A stretch of DNA of 64,000 bases from IMG/VR virus record IMGVR_UViG_3300042945_003044. The stretch is one strand, 5' to 3'. Under the pieces are notes generated by a model. The model saw nothing but the letters and a program-made list of their open reading frames with translations. It made no database searches and was not told the origin of the DNA. Numbering within the stretch: position 1 is the first letter of the stretch; the number at the start of each line of letters is the position of its first letter. Positions 29,006 through 37,849 of this stretch are shown here, piece by piece. Origin of the DNA: a virus. Both the position numbers and the translations under genes were made by a program.

Positions 29006-30192
29006 AATATTTCTCCTATCTTTGGCCTAATATATTTATTAATTTCTTCCACCGTCATATCCCCAACATCTGCATAATTAACAGAATGCTCTTGGCATAT
29101 ATTTTCTAGTCTTATATGATCTATTAAATAGGTTCTTGAACACTTATTCGTTATGCTCTCTGCGGCTTTAAGGCCAGCTTCGTCATTGTCCATAATCGTA
29201 ATAATCTTCATAGCACCAGATATGTCTAATAACATTTTTTGCTTATCGCTGAGTGAAGAACCGAAAACAGCTACTGCATTATATATGCCCGCTTCTTCTA
29301 GCCTCCAGACATTGCCGGGGCTTTCTACTATGATTACTGTTTTAGTATCAGTTATATGATTTTTAGCATTCCATATATTGTACAAATTTTCTTCACTTCT
29401 AAAACCAGAACTATGTCTCCATTTAGATATTGTTTTACTGGGACATGTAGTTTCTGGACTATGAAAAGATGAACACTTAGAACACTTATCAAATATGCTT
29501 CTGCCAGTACAGGCCACCACCCACTTACCAGTTAGATCATAGATAGGCACTACTGCTCTCAAATACATCTCTTTATTAGGTTTGAGACATTCTCCGACAT
29601 CAAATTTTTTCAGAATTTCGCTAGAAAAGCCCCTAGACAAAAAGTATGGCGAAGGAATATCTAGTGATTTTTTAACCAAATTTTTATCTATTTTAATAAT
29701 ATCTCTATTGATATGTTCTTTTGATAGATACTTTATGGTATTGGAGAACTTTTGTTTTTCTATTTCTTTAGAATCTACATTTAGTTGATCAATATTCTTT
29801 TCGCCGAGAATATCGTTGATCACTGCTATTGTTTCTTGAAAAGAAACTGTTGGGTCTCCATCTTTAACCCAATTAAATTTTTTATGGGACAATACCCCAC
29901 GTATAAAACCTATCACAGATGCCTTAAAAACCTTTTCACACTGATGCGTTCTACATTTCCAATTGCCTCTATATGTATCTCCTTCGTGATATAGGTTTAA
30001 AGCAGACTCGTTGTCTCCTCCGTGTATAGGGCAGCTCATAGTCAGCATTCTAGACATAAGCCGATATTCAGAAATATCTAGTCTAGATAAAACTTCTTCT
30101 ATATTATCACAAATATTATCCGATAATACTTTTAACTGATTTTGATTATACGAAGTCGATTTGATCTTTATTTTCATCGATTGTAAAGCCAT
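29002..30192 (-). CDS. dnaG: DNA primase (Zn finger + TOPRIM)
   Basis: CPIHGGDN...WKC..H.C Zn finger, GRS, IIVESPGN, MDNDEAG, DVGDM. Start uncertain. Confidence 0.88.
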   Translation of the reverse strand: MALQSMKIKIKSTSYNQNQLKVLSDNICDNIEEVLSRLDISEYRLMSRMLTMSCPIHGGDNESALNLYHEGDTYRGNWKCRTHQCEKVFKASVIGFIRGVLSHKKFNWVKDGDPTVSFQETIAVINDILGEKNIDQLNVDSKEIEKQKFSNTIKYLSKEHINRDIIKIDKNLVKKSLDIPSPYFLSRGFSSEILKKFDVGECLKPNKEMYLRAVVPIYDLTGKWVVACTGRSIFDKCSKCSSFHSPETTCPSKTISKWRHSSGFRSEENLYNIWNAKNHITDTKTVIIVESPGNVWRLEEAGIYNAVAVFGSSLSDKQKMLLDISGAMKIITIMDNDEAGLKAAESITNKCSRTYLIDHIRLENICQEHSVNYADVGDMTVEEINKYIRPKIGEIL

Positions 30193-31624
30193 TAGTTTTT
30201 ATACCCAAATTATTTTTAAGTTCTATTCTTGTTTGACCTTCGGAAATTTTGGCGCACCAACCCTTCATGTGACAATTAATATAATCATTGTCGTCGAGCC
30301 CTCCGCCATGACGACTTATTACAGGTATAAGCTTTCTGTTCCCCGCTTCTGGTCCGTCTTCTGCTATTTCTTCATCTGACTTACGCTTAAATATAGTAAA
30401 ATTACTGCAAAGCCATATGATTCGATCCGATCCAGATGCGGTGTCTGTGCTTTCTTTGGATATGCCGTCTCTATTTAATTGTACAAACGCCACGATTGGT
30501 AGCTTATATTTGCAAGCAAAATTATGAAGAGCGGTCATCATAAACCCTAGAACCTGATATTCCTTCATGTCTTGAGATATACCAGCAGAGTCCATGAGCT
30601 TTAGATAGTCATAAAATATAACGCAATCTTTAGCGGTTCCATCGTCATTCAGTCCAACTTCTTTAATGAGCCATCTTTTCATCATAGATATTTGTTCATC
30701 AAAGGGCTTACCGGCAATGCTTTTATGAAAAATGGGCGTTTGTTTTAAATCCTCTACTGCTTTGAGTACCTTTTCTTTCATAGCTGGCGTCTCTGCGAAT
30801 TTGCCGGTTTCTATTTTTGACATTTCGACCTCGGCGCTCATAGCTATGAGTCTGTGTATATGGTCTTCTTTGGTCATTTCTGTGTCCATATTTAAGACCG
30901 GAATTTTTAGCTTATTGGCGATATGAAAACCTATATTATCAGACAATAATGTTTTACCGACTTTCGGTCTAGCTGCTATCACATTGATAGTGCTTTTTCT
31001 AAGTCCACCGCCTATAGCCATGTCGTATACAGGAAACCCAGTGGGTATACCCATCTGACTAATCGGATTATCTATTAGATTATTGATATAATCATCTAGG
31101 TTTTTACTAATCGACTCCGGTTCAGTAGCATTATCCACCAGCCCTGTAGAAAAATCAAGTATCGTGTCTTCCGCGATAGAAAGAATAGACGATATGCTTT
31201 CGGTGCCGGTAATATCTAATAGCTTCTCTTGAGTATCTCCGAGCGATTTATATAGGTCTCTTGCTATTTCTAGCTTTTTTATCTTTGCGGCAAATTTTTT
31301 AACATTAGATTTTTCAACAGGGAAATCTCTAATGGCCTGTAAATGCTGAACCTCTTCCTTTTTTTGTAATAGGTGAGATATCCCTAGTTCTTGGGCAGCT
31401 GAGTATATGGATGCTATATCTAGTTTTTTCGTACTAATAGTATCTGTATGTTCTGTTTTTCCAACAGATAATACATGAGCTAAGCATTTATATATATATT
31501 GATTACTGTCTATAGTAAATGTTGATTCTTTAAGAAGATCACATACTTCAAGATAAGAGTCATCGCCATATTGGAATATACCGCTTAGAACTGCTCTTTC
31601 TGCGGCAGGGTCGCATAGTATCAT
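30146..31624 (-). CDS. dnaB: Replicative DNA helicase
   Basis: AERAVLSG, GIPTGF, AARPKVGKT, DTEM, DYLKLM, QLNR, SRHG. Confidence 0.93.
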   Translation of the reverse strand: MILCDPAAERAVLSGIFQYGDDSYLEVCDLLKESTFTIDSNQYIYKCLAHVLSVGKTEHTDTISTKKLDIASIYSAAQELGISHLLQKKEEVQHLQAIRDFPVEKSNVKKFAAKIKKLEIARDLYKSLGDTQEKLLDITGTESISSILSIAEDTILDFSTGLVDNATEPESISKNLDDYINNLIDNPISQMGIPTGFPVYDMAIGGGLRKSTINVIAARPKVGKTLLSDNIGFHIANKLKIPVLNMDTEMTKEDHIHRLIAMSAEVEMSKIETGKFAETPAMKEKVLKAVEDLKQTPIFHKSIAGKPFDEQISMMKRWLIKEVGLNDDGTAKDCVIFYDYLKLMDSAGISQDMKEYQVLGFMMTALHNFACKYKLPIVAFVQLNRDGISKESTDTASGSDRIIWLCSNFTIFKRKSDEEIAEDGPEAGNRKLIPVISRHGGGLDDNDYINCHMKGWCAKISEGQTRIELKNNLGIKTNGFTIDENKDQIDFV

Positions 31625-31631
31625 ATATTTA

Positions 31632-32024
31632 TTAGCCTTGTGTGGTTGAGCACTTGTTACACTTATATCTCGCAGCGCCTTCTGTTATTAGCTGCGGATG
31701 TACACTTTCCGACCTGCCGCATAATCTACAAGTAACCTTGACAGGAGTATAGTTTCTATTACGAGATACGGGAGGCTGCTTACTCAATATTCTGTCTATG
31801 TCGATATCTTCTTTATGCATATGCAGCTCTGGCATACTCAAAAATTTATTGGAACTATTGCGCCCTGTAGTAGACTTAATAGGCTTATGCTGAGATGTCT
31901 TCTTCTTTGTTGTCTTTGTCTTTTTATTGGCTTTGGGTTCTTCTAGAACTTCCGGAGCATCATCCATCAGCCCTTTTTGTAAAATAGCTATAAGTTGCTG
32001 AATATCGTTTTTATCAAGAGCCAT
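31632..32024 (-). CDS. Hypothetical protein with C-terminal Zn ribbon
   Basis: CRLC...CNKC with a Lys-rich linker. Confidence 0.6.
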   Translation of the reverse strand: MALDKNDIQQLIAILQKGLMDDAPEVLEEPKANKKTKTTKKKTSQHKPIKSTTGRNSSNKFLSMPELHMHKEDIDIDRILSKQPPVSRNRNYTPVKVTCRLCGRSESVHPQLITEGAARYKCNKCSTTQG

Positions 32025-32496
32025 GTTTCACCTTTGTCTTTTGAATAGATAACATAATATCGGATAAATGTTTAATACTGTTGGCTAAATATTGCAATCT
32101 ATCGCTTCTTTGTTTTGCATATTTTTTAATTTTATTTAGAGACAAAGCCTTTTCATTATGTTTAATAGCCTGCAAAGACTTTTCAACATATCCATAGCCT
32201 TTATAATTATTAAGTTCATCCGCTATAATTTCTTTGATGGTCTCATCCGCCCAGTTTAGTCTGGATAGTTCTCTGTTTATACTGCGTTGAATGTGAAATG
32301 CAAACTGGCCTAATCTATAAGCTATCTCGCCGCATACTTCTGGTGTGGTCTTTTCGAGTTCGTCTCTACTCATTTGAAAATACGTATTGAGTTCTTCTTC
32401 GGAAAAACAATCCGGCTTATATAGCCCTATGCCAATACTTTTTTCATATTCATCAAGAACCCTATCCCACTCATTAACTTGTTCTTTAGTGTTCAT
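32014..32496 (-). CDS. Helical/coiled-coil hypothetical protein (possible recombination mediator)
   Basis: All-alpha heptad pattern. Lies between the recA-like gene and dnaB. Start set at MNTKEQ. Confidence 0.5.
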   Translation of the reverse strand: MNTKEQVNEWDRVLDEYEKSIGIGLYKPDCFSEEELNTYFQMSRDELEKTTPEVCGEIAYRLGQFAFHIQRSINRELSRLNWADETIKEIIADELNNYKGYGYVEKSLQAIKHNEKALSLNKIKKYAKQRSDRLQYLANSIKHLSDIMLSIQKTKVKHGS

Positions 32497-32893
32497 TTTT
32501 AATCCTTGATATCCAGTCATTTGTTTGGTCAAAAGGAAGCTCTACATATTCTATGCCGTTTAATTCACACCACTCTTTTTTATCCTGATCTCTTTTCTTG
32601 TGCCTAATAAATCCAAGAGTAGTGTTGTGAAAAAAACGACTAAATTTGTAATGTTGCTCACCATGAACTTCGATACATTTTTTTATTAACGGTAGGTAGA
32701 AGTCTAAGTACAGGGTCTCTGATCTCCTAGGATTAATAGGTACTTCCTCTAGTATCTGCAAGGTCGGAAAACATTCGCGGATTAGGTCTCTAGCCTGCAA
32801 GTGTAAACTAGACTTATTGGCTATAGACCCATGTGCTATATTTCCAATTAATTGCCAATTATGACTATTGCCATCGAGATCTTTTACTTGCAT
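32486..32893 (-). CDS. DUF559/Vsr-like endonuclease
   Basis: EEVP...LYLDFYLP...IEVHGEQH...RDQDKKEWC..NGI. Confidence 0.75.
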   Translation of the reverse strand: MQVKDLDGNSHNWQLIGNIAHGSIANKSSLHLQARDLIRECFPTLQILEEVPINPRRSETLYLDFYLPLIKKCIEVHGEQHYKFSRFFHNTTLGFIRHKKRDQDKKEWCELNGIEYVELPFDQTNDWISRIKNEH

Positions 32894-33906
32894 TTGATTC
32901 CCATAGTATCTTTAACTTTATTCCATAAGTCGTCATATACTTCTGGATGATCTAATAGATACTGTCTTGTTTTTTCAAGTCCTTGAAACTTTGGTTTATC
33001 TTCTACGGAACTGATAGTATACCACGCTCCGCCCTTAGATATTAAGCCAAGATCTACGGCCAGTGTTAATAGTTCCATTTGCTTATCAATACCTTGTCCG
33101 TATCTTAGGTAACTTGTGATTTTACCACCGGGAGCACCAAGAGCAGAACACACAACTTGCCAATGAACCTCTTGTCCTATTTGTGGACTATCGGCGGTTA
33201 GATTCCATGGGCTAAAATAATTAGCCTTAATTTTAATATCTGTTTGATATGCTATGGCCTGACCGCTCTTTTCTTTCCATTCGCTGTGTCCCATACCAGG
33301 ATTGCCCATTTGATGAGTAATACCAATCACAATATTTCTATTAACCGGAATAACATTTGCGACTTTTCTACAGAATTTAGCAAGTAGCTTCGCTCCGTCT
33401 GCTCTTTGCATCTTATTCATATCGCTTGTAATTTCTGTCTCGGTGCATAGTGCTGAATATGAGTCTATAACAACTACCGACCCGGGTATTTCATTAATGA
33501 TTCTTTCTGCTATCTGTAGATATTCTTCTGCATGTAATATCTTACCTTCTTGAGATCCTATGATATTAAACTTATCAAGATTGAGTCCTGGGATTCCTTC
33601 TAGATCTCTTTTTTTCAATCTACCTTCTATGTTAAGGTAGTACACTTCTCTACCCTCTTTGAATGATCCGTGAGCATATTCTTTTTTCTGTGCAGTAGCG
33701 CAAAAGTCGAGGGATGTTGTTGTCTTACCGCATTTGGGTTGACCAGTAAAAATAACGAAAGAGCCTTCTGGTATTCCTCCGTTCAAAACAACATCTAGTG
33801 CCGGACCGACCGGAATAGTTACTAGATTTTTATCAATAACAGAGTTAGCTGTTAATATTACATTATCTCCAAAATTCTTTTTTACGTCTTCTTTAAGTCC
33901 CATCAT
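32884..33906 (-). CDS. recA: RecA/UvsX-like recombinase
   Basis: LDVVLNGGIPEG, GQPKCGKTT (Walker A), VVIDS (Walker B), YGQGID, LI.KGGAWY, FQG.E. Confidence 0.88.
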   Translation of the reverse strand: MMGLKEDVKKNFGDNVILTANSVIDKNLVTIPVGPALDVVLNGGIPEGSFVIFTGQPKCGKTTTSLDFCATAQKKEYAHGSFKEGREVYYLNIEGRLKKRDLEGIPGLNLDKFNIIGSQEGKILHAEEYLQIAERIINEIPGSVVVIDSYSALCTETEITSDMNKMQRADGAKLLAKFCRKVANVIPVNRNIVIGITHQMGNPGMGHSEWKEKSGQAIAYQTDIKIKANYFSPWNLTADSPQIGQEVHWQVVCSALGAPGGKITSYLRYGQGIDKQMELLTLAVDLGLISKGGAWYTISSVEDKPKFQGLEKTRQYLLDHPEVYDDLWNKVKDTMGIKCK

Positions 33907-34342
33907 CTAGTTCCTTTAGCTTGGATAATATATTGTTTGTTTTAGAAACTCTGTTCTTATATGATGTAGAGTCGTTTCTTGTTATTTCTTTTGTCGTTTC
34001 TTTCTTTGACTCTATCTCTATGGATTTGGCGCATGAATCTATAATAGCTATGAGGTGCGGGGCTCGCAAAGAATATATTTTTGCGGCTTTGGGACTGTTG
34101 AGAGCTTTGATTATGGCGTTAGGAGAATATTGTTTAAGCAATTTATTAGCAGTGGCTATTTGATCGCGAAAAAACTTTTCCCACTCTTTATTTAACCAAA
34201 ATCTAAAATGCAGATCTCTTTTCTCTAAGACTGCTTTGTGTTCACATATTATCTCTGTGATATATTGAGCAGCAGAGACTGTCTTGCCGTTAGAGTATTT
34301 AGAAATATACATTCTTTTCAGTCGTTTGGTCTGAAAATACAA
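33893..34342 (-). CDS. Hypothetical protein
   Basis: ORF within the replication block. Likely start MYISKYS (34312). Confidence 0.5.
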   Translation of the reverse strand: MYFQTKRLKRMYISKYSNGKTVSAAQYITEIICEHKAVLEKRDLHFRFWLNKEWEKFFRDQIATANKLLKQYSPNAIIKALNSPKAAKIYSLRAPHLIAIIDSCAKSIEIESKKETTKEITRNDSTSYKNRVSKTNNILSKLKELDDGT

Positions 34343-34626
34343 TTGTTATTACGAGGAGATGTTTGACTTTGAGCTTTTCGTAATTCGTCCGAGGCTTGTG
34401 ATGCTGCCATGGTCATTATACTAACGCTTTTATTCTTTTTTCCAGCCGTTTCATTAATAGTTAGGCGCTGCTTAGTCTTTTGCTTGCTCTTGGTCCACGC
34501 AGCAATAGTGTCTATATCTATGCCTAATTTATCACTGATTTCGGCGTCATTCATTCCTGTGTGACGCAGCCATAGTGAGGCGTATTCTTGTAATTCCAGT
34601 TTACTGCTTTTTTTTGCTCTAGCCAT
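34318..34626 (-). CDS. Hypothetical HTH-like protein
   Basis: GMNDAEISDKLGIDIDTIAAW resembles an HTH. Confidence 0.5.
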   Translation of the reverse strand: MARAKKSSKLELQEYASLWLRHTGMNDAEISDKLGIDIDTIAAWTKSKQKTKQRLTINETAGKKNKSVSIMTMAASQASDELRKAQSQTSPRNNNCIFRPND

Positions 34627-34629
34627 AAA

Positions 34630-35007
34630 TCAAACCTCTCTTTCCGCTTTGTATAACCATGCTATGTTTTTTGTGGATAAAAAACGCAAATAAAAATCAA
34701 ATGCTCGACAGTTTACTTCTCTATATTCTATATTTGACCTAGTAATATTTGATAATAATTGTCCACTTTTTTCTCTGCCATAAATAGATAAAGGGTTATA
34801 TAGTTTGTGCTCAGTATTTATCCTGATTAAGAATTTATAGTCTCCATTAGTCTTCAAGATCTTTTTAGCCAAAATAAATTTAGTATTCGTTGGATTTACA
34901 ATAGGCAGATTGTGCTCATCTATATTATCGTGAGTACCAAGAATACCATAGCACACTGTTTCATCGGGTAGCTGATCGGGCGTTTGTTCAAATAAAAAAT
35001 TTTGCAT
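34630..35007 (-). CDS. Hypothetical protein, paralog A
   Basis: Shares G.HD..D...P, AK, YNP and F..YL.FL.TKN..WL....RE with 35680..36105. Confidence 0.65.
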   Translation of the reverse strand: MQNFLFEQTPDQLPDETVCYGILGTHDNIDEHNLPIVNPTNTKFILAKKILKTNGDYKFLIRINTEHKLYNPLSIYGREKSGQLLSNITRSNIEYREVNCRAFDFYLRFLSTKNIAWLYKAEREV

Positions 35008-35010
35008 TGA

Positions 35011-35352
35011 TTAAAGTCCTTTGGCTCCCTGTGTTATACATTCATATATTCTCTGAGAAAAAGTTTCTACTATTAAATCGCTATCTTCTGTAGATTTCAC
35101 AGGAATGAAGAAGTTTTTTTCTACTACTTTAGAGGGTGCTGTTGTTTCCCCTTTTTCGTTCTGTTCATATATATATGTCTTAAGATTAACAACTATTTCT
35201 TTTGGAGCATCCGTACTCTTCTTATCGGCAAACATTTCTTGCTTAGACGACTGGTTATGACGTATGTGTTCTGTCAAATCGTCATTAAAGAAATCGTTTA
35301 GTTTTTGTACCAGCTCTTGGCTTATATCTGGTAGGTTTTCTTTATTGTCCAT
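35011..35352 (-). CDS. Hypothetical protein
   Basis: 113-aa acidic ORF. Confidence 0.5.
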   Translation of the reverse strand: MDNKENLPDISQELVQKLNDFFNDDLTEHIRHNQSSKQEMFADKKSTDAPKEIVVNLKTYIYEQNEKGETTAPSKVVEKNFFIPVKSTEDSDLIVETFSQRIYECITQGAKGL

Positions 35353-35680
35353 ATTTTTTAGGCTTTTCGATTCGTGTCATTCCCGATGGTAGTTTTAAAT
35401 GAAAGTCTTCTTTATAGTTATTGTGCTTATGATATAAGTGATTTTTTTGATCTGCGCTTAATCTATCTCTATTTCTATTAGCTAGATCTCCTATAGTTTT
35501 GAGTTCCGAATCGGCCTTAATAACAGAACCACACATTCCAGCTAAATCGTCTTGATAAGACCTACAGGTTTGTTGTGATCCACAAGATTCACATTTTGGA
35601 GACTCTATATAGTTTTTGATAGTAAAAAAAAGCTCGAATTTATTTTTACATTCTTCACAGACAAAAGTATAGGTGGGCAT
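35342..35680 (-). CDS. FmdB-family zinc-ribbon regulatory protein
   Basis: MPTYTFVCEECKNKFE...CESCGS. Confidence 0.8.
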   Translation of the reverse strand: MPTYTFVCEECKNKFELFFTIKNYIESPKCESCGSQQTCRSYQDDLAGMCGSVIKADSELKTIGDLANRNRDRLSADQKNHLYHKHNNYKEDFHLKLPSGMTRIEKPKKYGQ

Positions 35681-36105
35681 TATTTAAGTTCTCTTTGCGT
35701 CTCTTTAAGCCATTTTAGATTTTTTGTTTTCAAAAACATCAGATACTTATCAAAAGCTGTTTTCGAAACCTCTATAAACGACCATCCCTCTTTACAAACA
35801 TTATTGACGAAAGATAGCTTATCTTTTTTCTCTACAGAATGAAGCTTTTTGGGGTTGTATGGTATTTTTTCTGGATTGGCTAAAATATAGTATCTGTAAG
35901 ATATCCTATTAACGCCATTATTAATTTTAAGCTCTCTTGGCTTGCGACCATATATAGCTTTAGCAAAAACTCTGTCTAACTTAGACCCGGCGACCGTGGG
36001 ATAACCCTGATCGTCTAAAGCGTCATGCTCTCCTTCGAGAGTATAAAAAAGATCTTCTACACTAGTTTTCTGTTGGAGAATAAAATCCTGTGGATTGATT
36101 TTCAT
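35680..36105 (-). CDS. Hypothetical protein, paralog B
   Basis: Paralogous to 34630..35007. Confidence 0.65.
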   Translation of the reverse strand: MKINPQDFILQQKTSVEDLFYTLEGEHDALDDQGYPTVAGSKLDRVFAKAIYGRKPRELKINNGVNRISYRYYILANPEKIPYNPKKLHSVEKKDKLSFVNNVCKEGWSFIEVSKTAFDKYLMFLKTKNLKWLKETQRELK

Positions 36106-36682
36106 TAGGTATTACCTTTCCAAGATACGGGAGCCAGTCCATTTCTATAATAGATAGATGCCTGTAGAGAGGCAAGTATTTTTCTGAAAACGTAGGTCTT
36201 GTGGGCTTAGTTAAAATTTTCATATTGGCCTCTTGCGGAGTTCTATCTCTTTTTTTAGCGTTGCAAATCACACAAGAGGTTACTATATTAGACCAGTCTG
36301 TTAATATAATATCTGTTTTATTCTTTATCCTAGAACGCGGAACAACATGATCTCTAGTTAATTGAGAAGCCGGTAATTTTAAACCACAATACTGACAAGT
36401 ATAATTGTCTCTTATAAATATATTGTCTTTAGAAAAAGTGATTCTTTTATTATACAAATTTAAAAAGGATATACATTTAGCCACTGACGGCAATTTATAT
36501 TCCTTACCACATGCGCCCAGTATTTTTTTATTTTTGTGATATTGTATAATTTCTATACCATAATCTGAGTCTTGGTCATATTTGATAGACCACACTATCG
36601 CCTTTTGCCAAGGAATTATCCTTAAAGGACGCAAATCAGCATTAAGTAAAAGACAGTTTCTCGCTTCAGATCTGTTTCTCAT
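36062..36682 (-). CDS. HNH endonuclease (McrA-like)
   Basis: LLLNAD..PL, IFIRDNYTCQYCG, T.DHVVPRS, W.NIVTSC..CNAKK.DRTP.EA.M. Confidence 0.92.
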   Translation of the reverse strand: MRNRSEARNCLLLNADLRPLRIIPWQKAIVWSIKYDQDSDYGIEIIQYHKNKKILGACGKEYKLPSVAKCISFLNLYNKRITFSKDNIFIRDNYTCQYCGLKLPASQLTRDHVVPRSRIKNKTDIILTDWSNIVTSCVICNAKKRDRTPQEANMKILTKPTRPTFSEKYLPLYRHLSIIEMDWLPYLGKVIPNENQSTGFYSPTEN

Positions 36683-37394
36683 ACGAATCTAATCTTCCAA
36701 GAATCTGTGAGATAATTGGATTTCTCACTATGTCCACGGCTTCTAGTTTGGAATAGCCTATACCATCTAATCCAGATAGGGCATTTATCATATTTATAAA
36801 CCCTCCCTGTAAGTGTCTGTTTAGATCGGATTGCGCTACGTCCCCAGTTAAAACCATCCTACTATGCTGTCCTGTTCTAGTTATAAGCATCTTGAGCTGC
36901 TCATAAGAAGCATTTTGACACTCATCAGCAACGATAAAAGAATTATGGAAATTACGTCCTCTCATTAGACCTAAAGGTACTACCTCTATTTTATTGTTAA
37001 GTCTTAAAGAGGCATATTGAGCTGGTGAAATGAAATGGTCTATTTCGTCGAGTATGGGTAATAAATATGGATGTAATTTCTCTTCTGCTGATCCTGGTAG
37101 ATAACCTATCTTTTCACCAGCCTCTAGAATGGGTCTAGTGATAATAATTTTTTTAACTTTCTCGTCAAGCAAATACTCCAACGCCATACCTATGGCGATA
37201 TGCGTCTTTCCGCTACCTGCAAGTCCTTGACAAAAGGTTATCGTGTTTTCTGCTACGGTTCTAATATACTCTTTTTGATTTTCTGTTCTGGGTTTTAATC
37301 TATTTCTGTATGCGTAACCATTAGGATTGATTTCGTTGGTTAAATCAATGACCTTGCTCTTTTTTTTATTAGAGCTGCGATTATTTTTTTTCAA
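36666..37394 (-). CDS. phoH: PhoH-like ATPase
   Basis: PRTENQ, GLAGSGKT, TRP..EAGE.IGYLPG, MRGR, DECQN, TGD..QSD, DIVR. Confidence 0.95.
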   Translation of the reverse strand: MKKNNRSSNKKKSKVIDLTNEINPNGYAYRNRLKPRTENQKEYIRTVAENTITFCQGLAGSGKTHIAIGMALEYLLDEKVKKIIITRPILEAGEKIGYLPGSAEEKLHPYLLPILDEIDHFISPAQYASLRLNNKIEVVPLGLMRGRNFHNSFIVADECQNASYEQLKMLITRTGQHSRMVLTGDVAQSDLNRHLQGGFINMINALSGLDGIGYSKLEAVDIVRNPIISQILGRLDSYEKQI

Positions 37395-37443
37395 GTTGAG
37401 TTCCTTGTCAGGAGTATTTCAAACCACTTACGCAACTATATAA

Positions 37444-37449
37444 TACACC
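37444..37449 (-). promoter_or_regulatory. GGTGTA upstream motif (putative phage-specific promoter)
   Basis: - strand TGGTGTATTATATAG in the intergenic gap before phoH. Recurs before other genes. Confidence 0.5.
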
Positions 37450-37454
37450 ATAGT

Positions 37455-37832
37455 TTATATTACAAAACTATCTAATTTCGGAGGAAGCCAATTTTCTGGC
37501 TTTAGTACTTTACCGTCGGATCTCTTTTTTACCTTACCAGTTGAGGTATCTATTTTAGCAAAATTGGTCCGCATAACCTCATCCCAAGCTCCTTCTCCAT
37601 GAGCCCCCATGCTATTAATAGCTCCAACTGTAACAACTATTATATCAATAAGAGCATCCAGTATTTCTACCTTGTCACTATTGTCAAATGCTTCTTGTAG
37701 TTCCTTGGTCTCTTCTTTTATAAGAGCATGATACATATCTAGTTGGGACTTATTCCATTCGCATACTGTTTGATCACACGCCACCATAAAATCTGTTTGG
37801 TCCTTAAAAACATTTCCCATATCCTTTTTCAC
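37455..37832 (-). CDS. MazG-like/PRA-PH NTP pyrophosphohydrolase
   Basis: LIKEETKEL..A...VEILDALID, WDEV..TN.AK...R.DGKVLKP..W.PP. Confidence 0.88.
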   Translation of the reverse strand: MKKDMGNVFKDQTDFMVACDQTVCEWNKSQLDMYHALIKEETKELQEAFDNSDKVEILDALIDIIVVTVGAINSMGAHGEGAWDEVMRTNFAKIDTSTGKVKKRSDGKVLKPENWLPPKLDSFVI

Positions 37833-37849
37833 TCCTTCATTTAAATAGA

